64,000 nt of DNA from Verrucomicrobiota bacterium (GTDB lineage: Bacteria; Verrucomicrobiota; Verrucomicrobiia; Chthoniobacterales; UBA10450): the NCBI GenBank assembly GCA_003219215.1, contig QHPY01000170.1:1166-65165 (forward strand), written 5' to 3'. Under the pieces are notes generated by a model that was given only the letters and a program-made list of their open reading frames with translations, searched no databases and was not told the origin of the DNA. Positions 54,854-64,000 of this stretch are shown piece after piece; position 1 is the first letter of the stretch, and each line of letters opens with the position of its first letter. The position numbers were made by a program, and so were the translations under genes.

Positions 54854-54886
54854 ACCCGCCGATTGTTCGTCGGCGGGTTCGTTTTT
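54854..54886 (+). terminator. Rho-independent terminator after nrdJ
   Basis: Perfect 9-bp stem ACCCGCCGA / TCGGCGGGT with a 7-nt loop, followed by TCGTTTTT. It ends 1 nt before the ATG of the next gene. Confidence 0.65.
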
Positions 54887-54887
54887 C

Positions 54888-56663
54888 ATGACTGAAACTG
54901 AAGCACAACGACAGAAAGAGATTCAACAGGCCGAAGAATTACTTTTCGCCGGCCCGCAAGCGCTCGGTTTCGTCAAAGGACTGTTCCAGGGTCATTTCGT
55001 TTCCGACTGGGTAATGCCGTATCCGCGGATCGCGGTGGGGCAACAAGTCGAGCTCGATAAAACACTGAAGGAACTCCGGGAATTTCTCGGCGCGAAACTG
55101 GATCCAGTGGCGATCGACCGGAACGCCGATATTCCGCGCGAAGTAATTGATGGTCTTGGACGTGTCGGCGTTTTGGGAATGACTGCGCCGGCGGAGTACG
55201 GCGGTCGCGGTTTTACGCAAATGGCGAACTGCAAAGTTTTGGAAGAAATCGGTCGCCGCTGCGCATCGACCTCGGTGTTCGTCAATGCGCATCATTCCAT
55301 CGGCATCCGCGCCCTCTTGCTTTTTGGGACGCACGAACAGAAGCAAAGATGGTTGCCGAAACTGGTGACCGGCGAACAACTGGGCGCGTTTGCTCTTACC
55401 GAAAAAGAAGCGGGCTCGGACGCGGCCAACGTGCAAATGACGGCGACCCCGAGCGCGGACGGTTCGCATTTCATTTTGACCGGCGAAAAACGCTATATCA
55501 CTAATGCGGCAATCGCGCAGGTGCTGACGGTAATGGCGCGAACGCCGCTCCCGGGCAAAGAAGGCAAAACGTCGATCACAGCATTTCTAGTGACGCCCGA
55601 CATGCCGGGATTCGAAATTCTCGATGCGCGCATGCCGAAGATGGGAATTCGCGGCACCGCGACTGGGCGATTCGCGATGCGCGATGTGAAGGTGCCGAAA
55701 GCAAATATTCTCGGACCGCCCGGCAAAGGTTTGAAAGTTGCGCTTACCGTTCTCGATTTTGGGCGGACGACATTTGGTGCGTGTTGTACCGGTGCGGCAA
55801 AAACCTGCCTGGAACTCGCGGTGAAACACGCCAACACACGGAAGCAGTTCAATAAGACGCTTGGCAATTTTCATTTGGTGAAAGAAAAAATCGCGCGCAT
55901 CGCTGGCAATGCCTACGCGATGGAAGCGATGACGACTATTACCGCTTCGCTGATCGACCGCGGCCTGGAAGATTACATGCTGGAGACGGCGATGCTGAAA
56001 GTGTTCACGACCGAACGGTTGTGGGAATGCATCAACGACGCGTTCCAGATTTATGGCGGATCAGCTTATTTTGTCGACCTGCCGCTGGAACGAATGCTCC
56101 GCGATGCGCGGATCAATCAGATCGGCGAAGGCAGCAACGAAGTGCTGACTTCGTTCATCGCGCTGGTTGGGATGCGCGGACCTGGAATGGAGTTCAAGGA
56201 AATCTACGACACGATGTTGAAACCGACCCGTGTCGGCGGGATCGGCAAAGCGTGGAGCGCGGGGATGAATCGGCTCGGTGCGACCGTGAGAATTCCGGAT
56301 GTGCCCGTGCGCAGTGTGGAGCTGCGATCGTTTGGCAACCAACTCGGCCGATTGATCTGGCGTTTTAATTTGGCGGTGAACCGGTCGCTGATCGTGTATC
56401 GCGAACCAATTCTCGACCTGCAACTGGTGCAGGAAAGGATTGCCGGCGCGGCGATGGATCTTTTTGCATCGACCGCGGTGCTGAGCCGGTGGGATTCAGA
56501 GATTCAATTCGGTCAAGGCAACGGTGAAGCGCCCAATCAAAAGAATACCGCTGCCGAACTTTTCTTGCGCCAGTCATTCCGGCGGATTCGCAATTATCTC
56601 GCCGGCCTCAATGATAACGACGACAAGTTCATTCTGAAAGCAGCGGATTCGGCGCTTCGCTAG
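54888..56663 (+). CDS. Acyl-CoA dehydrogenase family protein (long form with C-terminal extension)
   Basis: FALTEKEAGSDAANV and the FAD/substrate blocks YITNAAIA and QIYGGSAY. A helical extension of roughly 180 aa follows the ACAD core. Confidence 0.85.
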   Translation: MTETEAQRQKEIQQAEELLFAGPQALGFVKGLFQGHFVSDWVMPYPRIAVGQQVELDKTLKELREFLGAKLDPVAIDRNADIPREVIDGLGRVGVLGMTAPAEYGGRGFTQMANCKVLEEIGRRCASTSVFVNAHHSIGIRALLLFGTHEQKQRWLPKLVTGEQLGAFALTEKEAGSDAANVQMTATPSADGSHFILTGEKRYITNAAIAQVLTVMARTPLPGKEGKTSITAFLVTPDMPGFEILDARMPKMGIRGTATGRFAMRDVKVPKANILGPPGKGLKVALTVLDFGRTTFGACCTGAAKTCLELAVKHANTRKQFNKTLGNFHLVKEKIARIAGNAYAMEAMTTITASLIDRGLEDYMLETAMLKVFTTERLWECINDAFQIYGGSAYFVDLPLERMLRDARINQIGEGSNEVLTSFIALVGMRGPGMEFKEIYDTMLKPTRVGGIGKAWSAGMNRLGATVRIPDVPVRSVELRSFGNQLGRLIWRFNLAVNRSLIVYREPILDLQLVQERIAGAAMDLFASTAVLSRWDSEIQFGQGNGEAPNQKNTAAELFLRQSFRRIRNYLAGLNDNDDKFILKAADSALR

Positions 56664-56677
56664 GGATGTGCAGTGCG

Positions 56678-57958
56678 CTAGGGCGACTTCAAGATCTGAA
56701 GCGCGCTTGCCAGATCTTTCGTAACGAGATCGTAGAGCGGATACTTGACCTCGAGAATCACGTAGTTGTGGATTTCAGTGATGCAGATCAAAGCCACGAA
56801 GCTGGCGAGGGCGACATTTCGCCAGCGTTGAAGGATCGCTGCAAAGAAGCATACCTGGCTCAGGGCCAGCATTCGCAACGGCAGGTCCCACATGTTAGCA
56901 AACCGCAGGTTTATCCCGTAGCGAATGCCGCACATCATTGTGTAAGTAGAGACAAGGAATATTGCCAGGAACCACTCCAATCTTTTTTCCCGGGTCAGGT
57001 TGTAGATGCCGCCGACTGCCAGAAGCAATATGATTGGGCTGACCAGGAGAAGATCGACAAGGTAACGATGCCATGGGCCGTCCTGTGTAAGTTCCGAATA
57101 TTTCAGGCCGTAATTCTTAGTAATAAAAAGGCGGTAAGTATCGATAAGTATCGGTACACCTCCCGCTAATAGCATCAGAACAATTAAAGAGATCGCCGGT
57201 GCGAGAAAGGTTAGGACCAGTAACCCGCGTGTAACAGTTCCGATTCGAAGCCATCGATTGGCGATTAAGATTACGATGACTCCAAGCCAAACAAATAGCG
57301 CGTTTTCTTTCGTCAAGACCAGCGCGACCAATGCTAAACCATATAATAGTTTCCAACCCAAGTTAGCCGGGTGGTTAAGGCTTTCCCACAGCGACCAGAT
57401 GGTCAACAGAGCCCAAAACGCGAAAACCCCATCTATGATCGCGTGTTGCGACACATGCAATTGAGTCGGCGCAAACGCCATTAACGCGGTAATAGCAAGG
57501 AAATATCCGGAGCGGTCTAGACGGGCAGCAAACACCGTCGCAAGCAGCAGACTTAGAATACTAAAAGCGGCTGCGACATTGCGTAGTGCGCTAATGGCGT
57601 CGCCTCCGAAACAGTGCTGCCAAGCGAACGCCCAAACGATGTAGAGAGCTCGAAGAGGTGGCAGGATTGCTCCCGGGGCTGCTTTCTGTCTCTCAACATA
57701 ATTGTGAACGACCCGGGGGTAAGAAGCTAAACCCAGCTGCCCAAGTTCGTTCACATAATCTCGGTATATCTTTTCATCTACGCCAACGCCTTTTAAGTGC
57801 GATTGTAAATGAGCGCTCTGTAATGCGTGCAAAGGTCCATGTTCGAATGGCTCCGGCGGCAAGCGTAGAAAAATCCCAACCACGAGAAGCGCGATGACGA
57901 CACAGAAACAAAGGAGCGAATGTCGTGGATCGGTCTTCTCGTGGTTCGGGCCGGTCAT
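56678..57958 (-). CDS. Polytopic membrane protein, putative GT-C-fold glycosyltransferase (paralogue 1)
   Basis: About 10 or more hydrophobic helices. There is an acidic DE motif in the first extracytoplasmic loop (GVGVDEKIYRDYV) and a TKEN block. It is clearly paralogous to the next gene. Confidence 0.45.
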   Translation of the reverse strand: MTGPNHEKTDPRHSLLCFCVVIALLVVGIFLRLPPEPFEHGPLHALQSAHLQSHLKGVGVDEKIYRDYVNELGQLGLASYPRVVHNYVERQKAAPGAILPPLRALYIVWAFAWQHCFGGDAISALRNVAAAFSILSLLLATVFAARLDRSGYFLAITALMAFAPTQLHVSQHAIIDGVFAFWALLTIWSLWESLNHPANLGWKLLYGLALVALVLTKENALFVWLGVIVILIANRWLRIGTVTRGLLVLTFLAPAISLIVLMLLAGGVPILIDTYRLFITKNYGLKYSELTQDGPWHRYLVDLLLVSPIILLLAVGGIYNLTREKRLEWFLAIFLVSTYTMMCGIRYGINLRFANMWDLPLRMLALSQVCFFAAILQRWRNVALASFVALICITEIHNYVILEVKYPLYDLVTKDLASALQILKSP

Positions 57959-59262
57959 GGGCCTATATCGGGCGCGAGTTTGAGTATCTTGAGCGCGCGC
58001 AGAAGATGCGCAGTGACAAGCTCGTAGAGCGGATAATTAACTGCGAGCGCGATATATTGATAGAACTCGGTAGCGCACAAGGCCAACAGGGCAAGGGCCA
58101 GCGCCAGATTTTGCCAGCGGCGGAAGATCGCTGCGAACAGAGTAAGCTGTCTAAACGCGAGCAGCCGCAAAGGGAAGTCCCACATATTCGCGTAACGGAG
58201 ATTCATTCCGTATTTCAGATTGCACATCACAAGGTAGGTCGCCGCGATGAAGATAGTTAGAAACCATTCCGGCTTCTGCTCACGATTGAGCCGGAACACC
58301 GTACCGAGCGCGAGAAGAAGAACGATCGGACTAACAAGCAGAAGATCGACAAGATAGCGGTGCCAGGGGCCGTCGCCGGTGGCAATTGCATATTCGAGGA
58401 TGAAGTTCTTAGTGATCGAAAGGTGGTAAGTTTCAACGAGGGTCGGAACACCGCCGGCGAGAAATACAAGGATGACAACCCCGAGCAAAGGTCCAAGAAC
58501 CGTGGCAATGACTAACTCGCGCGTGACAATTCCAAATTGGAACCATCGATTAGCCAGGATGAGAACGACGCAGCCGAACCAGACGAAAGCGGAGTTTTCT
58601 TTCGTGAGGACGACCAGGGCCAGCGCGACCAGATAACCGATAATCCAGCGCCAGTTATTTGGCCGACGAAGGTTTTCCCATAGCAAGCCAAGCACTACCG
58701 TTGCCCAAAAAGTAAAGAATCCGTCTACCAATGCGTGCTGCGACATATGGAGTTGGGTCGGAGCGACAGCAAAAAGTGCAGTCACGCCTAACGACCAGAG
58801 AGGACCGCGCAGTCGCCAGGTGAAGAGCGCAACGAAACAAAGCGTCAGCATGCTGAAGAATGCTGCGACCTGCTGGAGCGCGGTCATCGCGTCACATCCG
58901 AACACGCTGCGCCAAACGTAGCCCGCAAATATGTAGAGAAATCGGACCGGCGGCAGAATCGAACCGGTCAATGTCTTTTGGTGCTCAATATATTCATCGA
59001 CGATTTCCGGATATGCGCCGAGTCCACCTTTGCTTAAACCTTCGACATAGACGCGGTAAAGATCTTCATCGAATCCAAGCCTGGTATAGGCCGGTTGCGG
59101 GTGAATTTGCGCGAGCCCGTGCAAAGATCCGCCGCGCTCGAATGTTGCCGGCGGCAATCGCAAAAAACACCCGACAGCGAAAATGATCGCCAGCAGGATG
59201 ATGTCGATCCTTCGACTTCGCTCAGGAGAACTCTTGCGCAGGCCGGACTGAGTTTCGGTCAT
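57955..59262 (-). CDS. Polytopic membrane protein, putative GT-C-fold glycosyltransferase (paralogue 2)
   Basis: Collinear with 56678-57958, sharing blocks such as DGPWHRYLVDLLLVSPI, APTQLH.SQHA..DG and LVLTKEN. Loop-1 motif is LGFDEDLYRVYV. There is a 4-nt overlap with paralogue 1. Confidence 0.45.
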   Translation of the reverse strand: MTETQSGLRKSSPERSRRIDIILLAIIFAVGCFLRLPPATFERGGSLHGLAQIHPQPAYTRLGFDEDLYRVYVEGLSKGGLGAYPEIVDEYIEHQKTLTGSILPPVRFLYIFAGYVWRSVFGCDAMTALQQVAAFFSMLTLCFVALFTWRLRGPLWSLGVTALFAVAPTQLHMSQHALVDGFFTFWATVVLGLLWENLRRPNNWRWIIGYLVALALVVLTKENSAFVWFGCVVLILANRWFQFGIVTRELVIATVLGPLLGVVILVFLAGGVPTLVETYHLSITKNFILEYAIATGDGPWHRYLVDLLLVSPIVLLLALGTVFRLNREQKPEWFLTIFIAATYLVMCNLKYGMNLRYANMWDFPLRLLAFRQLTLFAAIFRRWQNLALALALLALCATEFYQYIALAVNYPLYELVTAHLLRALKILKLAPDIGP

Positions 59263-59265
59263 TAT

Positions 59266-60498
59266 CTACGCGCTTTCAGCGCGCAACTTCACGAACTTAA
59301 ATAAACGCAGATCGAGTTTTCCGTCAGCACTTTTTCGCCAGAGCGCGATCGAGCCAGCCACGATAACAAGCCATGGCAACAACGACCACGCCGTCCAATG
59401 TTGTTTCGATGCATCCATCGCGAGCGCGACCTTCCAGGGCAAACCGCCAGAAGTGATGTTGTAGAAGGCGAACAAGAAAATCGAGCTCGAGATAAGCACG
59501 CAGGTGTAAAGCATCGGCGAGAAAATGAGAATGAAAGGCGCAAGCCAGATCAGATATTGGGGGCAGACACCAGGAGCGAACACGAAGAACACGAGCCACG
59601 TGCAAGCAAGCGATTCAACAAATGCGCGGTCGCGGGCGTGGCGATGCTGCCACGCGATCCAGAGAGCAGCGCCGACAATGATTACTTTGAGAATCGTGAT
59701 GATGATATTCTGAGCCGGCTCAAGATCAAAAAACGAAAGCCGACTGAAATCGGGCAGACCCGTCAGGCGAAACAAATAAGTTATCCCCCAGATTCCCCAA
59801 TAGCTTCCGTAGGCGAGCACGTTTTTGGCAAACAAGCCGGGAAAATTGATGAGCGGCTCCAACCACAAAAGACAGGTCGTGACCGCTCCGGAAATCAAAA
59901 AACCGCGGCTTCGATTTTGGGATAGCCAGAAGAAAACAAACGCCGGTAAAAAAAGCAGCGGGACAATTTTAATCTGACAACTAAGCGCAAAAAATAATCC
60001 CGCCAGCACCGGTCGATTCCGGAGACACATCCAAACGGCGCAGACCAACAGCAGCACCATCACTGGATCAGTGTTCCCGTGAAATCCGGAAACCATGAGC
60101 GACACAGGGCTGAGCGCGAAAAGCGCCAGCGCCCAGGTTGGAATGCGGATGTCGATCTTGCTCATTCGCAGCAAAACCGCAACGACCAGAAAATCGGCGA
60201 TGATTCCGGGCAAACGAAGAAGAAACGGAAAATGGATGCCGATGTCCTGACACCACCGTTGCTCGGTCAGCGCGTAGATGCCGCGCAAGTAGTAAGCCGT
60301 CAGCGGCGGATGATTAAAATAGCGGCTGTGTTGGTAGGTCCATTCAAGACCGTGCTCGCTCAGCACTTTGGCGAAGCCATAAAAAAATACTGCGTCGTTG
60401 GTGCCGATGGTGTTGTAGGCGATCGCGAGTTTGAGTGCCATCGCGATGAGCGCCAGTGCAATGATGCAGGTCGTGCGCAGATCGCGATTGGGGTTCAT
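59266..60498 (-). CDS. Polytopic membrane protein, DUF2029/GT87-like GT-C glycosyltransferase
   Basis: N-terminal pattern TNDAVFFYGFAKVL...YFNHPPLTAYYL...LRLPGIIADFLVV, HGNTDPVM, and many TMs. Confidence 0.5.
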   Translation of the reverse strand: MNPNRDLRTTCIIALALIAMALKLAIAYNTIGTNDAVFFYGFAKVLSEHGLEWTYQHSRYFNHPPLTAYYLRGIYALTEQRWCQDIGIHFPFLLRLPGIIADFLVVAVLLRMSKIDIRIPTWALALFALSPVSLMVSGFHGNTDPVMVLLLVCAVWMCLRNRPVLAGLFFALSCQIKIVPLLFLPAFVFFWLSQNRSRGFLISGAVTTCLLWLEPLINFPGLFAKNVLAYGSYWGIWGITYLFRLTGLPDFSRLSFFDLEPAQNIIITILKVIIVGAALWIAWQHRHARDRAFVESLACTWLVFFVFAPGVCPQYLIWLAPFILIFSPMLYTCVLISSSIFLFAFYNITSGGLPWKVALAMDASKQHWTAWSLLPWLVIVAGSIALWRKSADGKLDLRLFKFVKLRAESA

Positions 60499-60552
60499 CC
60501 TGAGAGTTCGAGCAGCTTCAGTGCCTTGGTGGTTGCAGGAATCGAGCGCGGA

Positions 60553-62151
60553 TCATTGCCACCCGTCGAGCGTCGTAAGCGGAATGTCTTCGTAACTGTT
60601 AGTTGCACCGGCAGCTGGCAACGCAACTGGCCGCGCTCGATAAGTGTGCGATCGCAGAAATATTCCGACGTGTTCCAGCCACGATTCTGAATAGGCAGAG
60701 TCGTCCCAGCCGTACAACTTATTTGGTGCGGGCGGCAGAGACAAAGGTGGCCGGCCCTCCTCCGGCAACCTTAATTCACCTACGAACCAAATCTGATTCC
60801 CAGAGGCGAGGGTATTCCGGATTGCTTCCAAGGAGTCGCCAATAGGATTGGGCGAAATCATTTTCGCTAACAGCAAGTCGTAACGATGTATTCGATGATC
60901 GGTTATTTCTGGCAACGTCATCCATGTCGTCTTGCCGTGATAATAACGGTTGAAGGAGATACCGAGTTGCCACGGGGCAACGACGATGAGGTCGCGGGGT
61001 TTTGCCTGCTCGATCAGTTTTGCCGCGACAATGTTGATGTTTGTCTCCCGTTGGCGCGCTGCCGTCCAAGCCGGAACGGTTAGTAAAATTGCCGCCGTGC
61101 TAGCCAAACCAAGTCGAGCGAGACGAAGCCAGTATACACGCGCCATTGCGATTACGATCGTGTCCATCAGGACCGGCAACAATGCTAAGAGCAGCAGGTA
61201 ATGCCACCAGTGCGTGCGGTAACCGACGATCAGTAGTGCTCCCAAATACGCAAACGGTGACAGAAGCATAACGAGCCACGCAAAACGTGAAATGATTGCG
61301 GCGTTGTCATCCCACGGATTTCGAAACGACATCCATGCACCAGCGATGGTTATTATGAGAAAAGCAGCGCGCACGAGCCAAGTAATCAACCACTCCTGTC
61401 CATAAGCTTGCGTAAACTCATTCCACAGATCCGGTATGTGAGAGGAGTGTTGGAACAATATCCGCCATTCATCGTTTGCAAAAATCCTCAGATAGATTGT
61501 CCCGAGTAGCGTCGCGCACACTGCGATTAAGGTCAGAATTCCGGCCGTCATCGACTTGCGATGGCCCAGTGCAATGACCAGCGCTGAAAGCACAATGGTC
61601 AAAACTAATATTAAGTTGCTGATGACAAATTGCTGACTGACAAGTGCTGCAAGGAAAACAAATAGGATCGCACAAGGTGTTCGCCTTTGAAGTAACTTAA
61701 CGGTCGCTGCGAAAGCGATTACTATCAGGACAGCGCCGAAGCCGTATCCCCCCACCGTGGTCCCCCATCTTACGAACAGCGGGCTCAAGCCGAAGAGCCC
61801 AATCGCCATTAGTGGCACACCTTGACCGGCTACTCGAGCGGCCCACCAAGTCGCGCCAATATAAGTTATTCCAGCTGCTAACCCAAATCCGCGAAGTGCG
61901 AGATCACTGTCGCCAAAAAAGTGGATGTAACCGCGGACGATCAGTGGTACTAACGGTGGAAAGGTTTGGTGATCGAAGTAATCCATGATATCGGAGACCT
62001 TCGGCATCATCGCAAGCTGCACGGTCCCGCATTCATCCCGCCAGAGCGCGCCGGCGTGTGTCGCGCGGACCGTGAGGAGAAAAAGCGCCATCGCGGATAG
62101 AAGAACCGCCACGAACCATTCCGCTCGTTTCAGAAAATCGGGGCGAGTCAC
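60553..62151 (-). CDS. Polytopic membrane protein, ArnT/PMT_2 (GT39)-like GT-C glycosyltransferase
   Basis: Loop-1 motif LWRDECGTVQLA followed by HQTFPPLVPL, about 11 TMs, and a C-terminal soluble domain of roughly 170 aa. Confidence 0.5.
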   Translation of the reverse strand: MTRPDFLKRAEWFVAVLLSAMALFLLTVRATHAGALWRDECGTVQLAMMPKVSDIMDYFDHQTFPPLVPLIVRGYIHFFGDSDLALRGFGLAAGITYIGATWWAARVAGQGVPLMAIGLFGLSPLFVRWGTTVGGYGFGAVLIVIAFAATVKLLQRRTPCAILFVFLAALVSQQFVISNLILVLTIVLSALVIALGHRKSMTAGILTLIAVCATLLGTIYLRIFANDEWRILFQHSSHIPDLWNEFTQAYGQEWLITWLVRAAFLIITIAGAWMSFRNPWDDNAAIISRFAWLVMLLSPFAYLGALLIVGYRTHWWHYLLLLALLPVLMDTIVIAMARVYWLRLARLGLASTAAILLTVPAWTAARQRETNINIVAAKLIEQAKPRDLIVVAPWQLGISFNRYYHGKTTWMTLPEITDHRIHRYDLLLAKMISPNPIGDSLEAIRNTLASGNQIWFVGELRLPEEGRPPLSLPPAPNKLYGWDDSAYSESWLEHVGIFLRSHTYRARPVALPAAGATNSYEDIPLTTLDGWQ

Positions 62152-64000
62152 TGCGAATTTTCTTCAATCTGTCGCTTGAGTCCCTTGAACTCAGGCTGAT
62201 CCGGCTGGAGCACAATCGCTTTATCAATCTCAGCTTGCGCACGGTGGGGGTCACTTTGCGCGAGCAAAGTTTTCGCCAAAAGATAATGAGCCTTGCCGTC
62301 ACGCGGGGCCTGCCTAACCGCTTGCTCAAAAAACTCACGCGCTTGCTCGAAGCGCGCCTCTTCGAAGCTGATCACGCCCAGATTATTCAGCGCACCCTTG
62401 TGGTGCGGGTCGATTCCTAGAACCGCCCGGTAGAATAATTTTGCGTCCTCAGTTTGGTTCTGCGCGAGTCGCAAATTCCCGAGGGCGAAGTTGGTTTCGG
62501 AATTTGTCGGCACATAAGCGTAAGCGATCGCGAGCTTTTTTTCGGCCAGCCGGAGATTGTTTGATTCAAGTGCTTGCCAACCGGAATTGTACGCATCTAA
62601 CGCCCAAAGCGACGGCCCCCGCTGCGGCCAGGAAACGAGGATTGTGGATCCGGCGACCAGGACGAGATAAATAGCGACGGTTTCAAACCGAAGTGAAGCG
62701 CACGAGTTCCAGAAGACCGACAATCCATAAGCGGCGAGAATGAGCAGGCCGGGCACAACGACCAATCGGTAACGTTCAGTAATGAAGACGGCGAGGAGTC
62801 CTAAGATCGACAAGAAAACCGCCGCAATGATCCAGCGCGATTGTGGCGCGAACCTTCCGGCGAACAACAGACCTGGAATTGCAAGCGCAGCGACCAGACC
62901 AAAGTAGCAGCCCGGAAAGATCACACCTTGCTCGCGCAAATTGCTAATCACGCTGAGATCGTCATATTGGAATGCGCTCCAAAAATTGTGCAGCTTTAAG
63001 CCAAGTAATTTCAACCAATCGCTAAAATGGGTGGAGATGTACTCTTTGGCTTTGGCCGACCAATAGGCAGAAACCTCAACATGTTTCAACGACCGACCGG
63101 CGGCTGACTCGGCTTGAGTGATCGAGTCCTGAAGCATCGCCGCCTGACCGGCGTGCAGCCCCGGTGGAAAACGCGGATAGCCATTTGCGCTTGGACTATT
63201 ACCGATCCAAAAATTGATCCCGCTATGCGCTGAAAGAAAGACAGGGTCGCGTGTGACAATGCAATTGTGAACCCAACAAGGAGCGGTTCCGATGCCGACT
63301 CCAATCAGCAGAAGCATTGTGCCGCGAACGAAATTCTTCCACGTCGGGTGATTGGCCATCTTGGGTTTGATGATCCGCGCCGCAGGAACGAGCGGCACAA
63401 GCAAGAGAACATTCGCGACCGCTGTAGCGGTGATTCCTAGAAGCAAGCCAAGCCAAAAGCATTCTTTCGGTTCGAGCGCGTGGTCTGGCCGACCGACTCG
63501 CCAAACGACGAGCCAGAATACGAATACAAACCAAGCAGTTGGCATGAGAATGACGGAGTAAGCCTGGGCCGGAACGAAAAAGGCCCAGCCTAACGCCGCG
63601 ATTACGCCCGTAATCCGCGCGTTAAGGTCGCCCTCAGAACGGCTGCTTCGAGCTGTTGCTCTTTGCGAAAAGGTCTGCAGCGAGAGCAAATAAATAAGGA
63701 CTGCCGTGCCTGCGTCGAGACCGGCCTGGAGAAGACCCGGCACAAATGGATTGTAGCCAAAAATTCGGTATAGAAGTGCGAGCAAATAGGCATAACCGGG
63801 CAGCCCGTAAAACGCCAGATGCTCGGTTAGCTCACCGCGCAGAATTCGCTGTGCCCAGTCGTTGTAAAAATGCATGTCCCCGCGGGAAGGCAGCAAGAAA
63901 GGCGAGCTCGCGAGTCGGGCAAGGTTAGTCAATCGCAAGGCGAGAACCGCGACGAAAATCAGGTTGGCCCAGCCGAGTGGAAATCGGTCAATCCACCGCA
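62148..64000 (-). CDS. GT-C-like polytopic membrane protein with C-terminal TPR domain, partial (5' end beyond the right window edge)
   Basis: The frame stays open upstream of the TTG at 63938 to position 64000 (...RWIDRFPLGWANLIFVAVLALRLTNLARL...), so the N-terminus lies outside the window. Loop motif GDMHFYNDWAQRIL, many TMs, and TPR repeats over the last roughly 150 aa. Confidence 0.55.
   Translation of the reverse strand, partial: RWIDRFPLGWANLIFVAVLALRLTNLARLASSPFLLPSRGDMHFYNDWAQRILRGELTEHLAFYGLPGYAYLLALLYRIFGYNPFVPGLLQAGLDAGTAVLIYLLSLQTFSQRATARSSRSEGDLNARITGVIAALGWAFFVPAQAYSVILMPTAWFVFVFWLVVWRVGRPDHALEPKECFWLGLLLGITATAVANVLLLVPLVPAARIIKPKMANHPTWKNFVRGTMLLLIGVGIGTAPCWVHNCIVTRDPVFLSAHSGINFWIGNSPSANGYPRFPPGLHAGQAAMLQDSITQAESAAGRSLKHVEVSAYWSAKAKEYISTHFSDWLKLLGLKLHNFWSAFQYDDLSVISNLREQGVIFPGCYFGLVAALAIPGLLFAGRFAPQSRWIIAAVFLSILGLLAVFITERYRLVVVPGLLILAAYGLSVFWNSCASLRFETVAIYLVLVAGSTILVSWPQRGPSLWALDAYNSGWQALESNNLRLAEKKLAIAYAYVPTNSETNFALGNLRLAQNQTEDAKLFYRAVLGIDPHHKGALNNLGVISFEEARFEQAREFFEQAVRQAPRDGKAHYLLAKTLLAQSDPHRAQAEIDKAIVLQPDQPEFKGLKRQIEENSQ

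Overview
Moderately GC-rich bacterial chromosomal segment, almost fully coding: about 60 CDS and 3 tRNAs (Gln-TTG, Val-GAC, Ser-CGA). I recognised no rRNA, CRISPR array, transposase, integrase or phage genes. The backbone is housekeeping: lysA, sufC-sufB-sufD, pyrR-pyrB-pyrC, mrp/apbC, pyrD, mnmE, hisC, pdxH, ResB-like and CcsA (system II cytochrome c maturation), hsp20-lon, gmhA, a fumC-like lyase, class II (B12) ribonucleotide reductase and an acyl-CoA dehydrogenase. Three blocks look accessory and are the best places to hunt. (i) 19.3-28.7 kb holds a PEP-CTERM cargo gene, three orphan pseudopilin-like genes behind a NarL-type two-component system, a palindrome-dense 318-nt spacer, a membrane-anchored TPR protein and an exosortase-EpsI fusion. 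(ii) 48.1-51.0 kb is a tightly coupled four-gene operon (two unrecognisable 242-aa proteins, an MBL-fold hydrolase, a GNAT) next to tRNA-Ser. (iii) 56.7-64.0 kb is an uninterrupted array of five polytopic GT-C-like membrane proteins; two are tandem paralogues and the last, TPR-tailed, runs off the window. Smaller observations: a receiver protein with a histidine-less DHp-like domain beside a cNMP-binding kinase, a candidate PyrR RNA site over the pyrR ribosome-binding site, and a repeat-rich 349-nt leader upstream of nrdJ. The gene content (PEP-CTERM/exosortase, several prepilin-type N-termini, system II ccs, NrdJ) would fit a Verrucomicrobiota/PVC-like organism, but that is inference only. 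All family assignments rest on motif recognition by eye; no searches were run.
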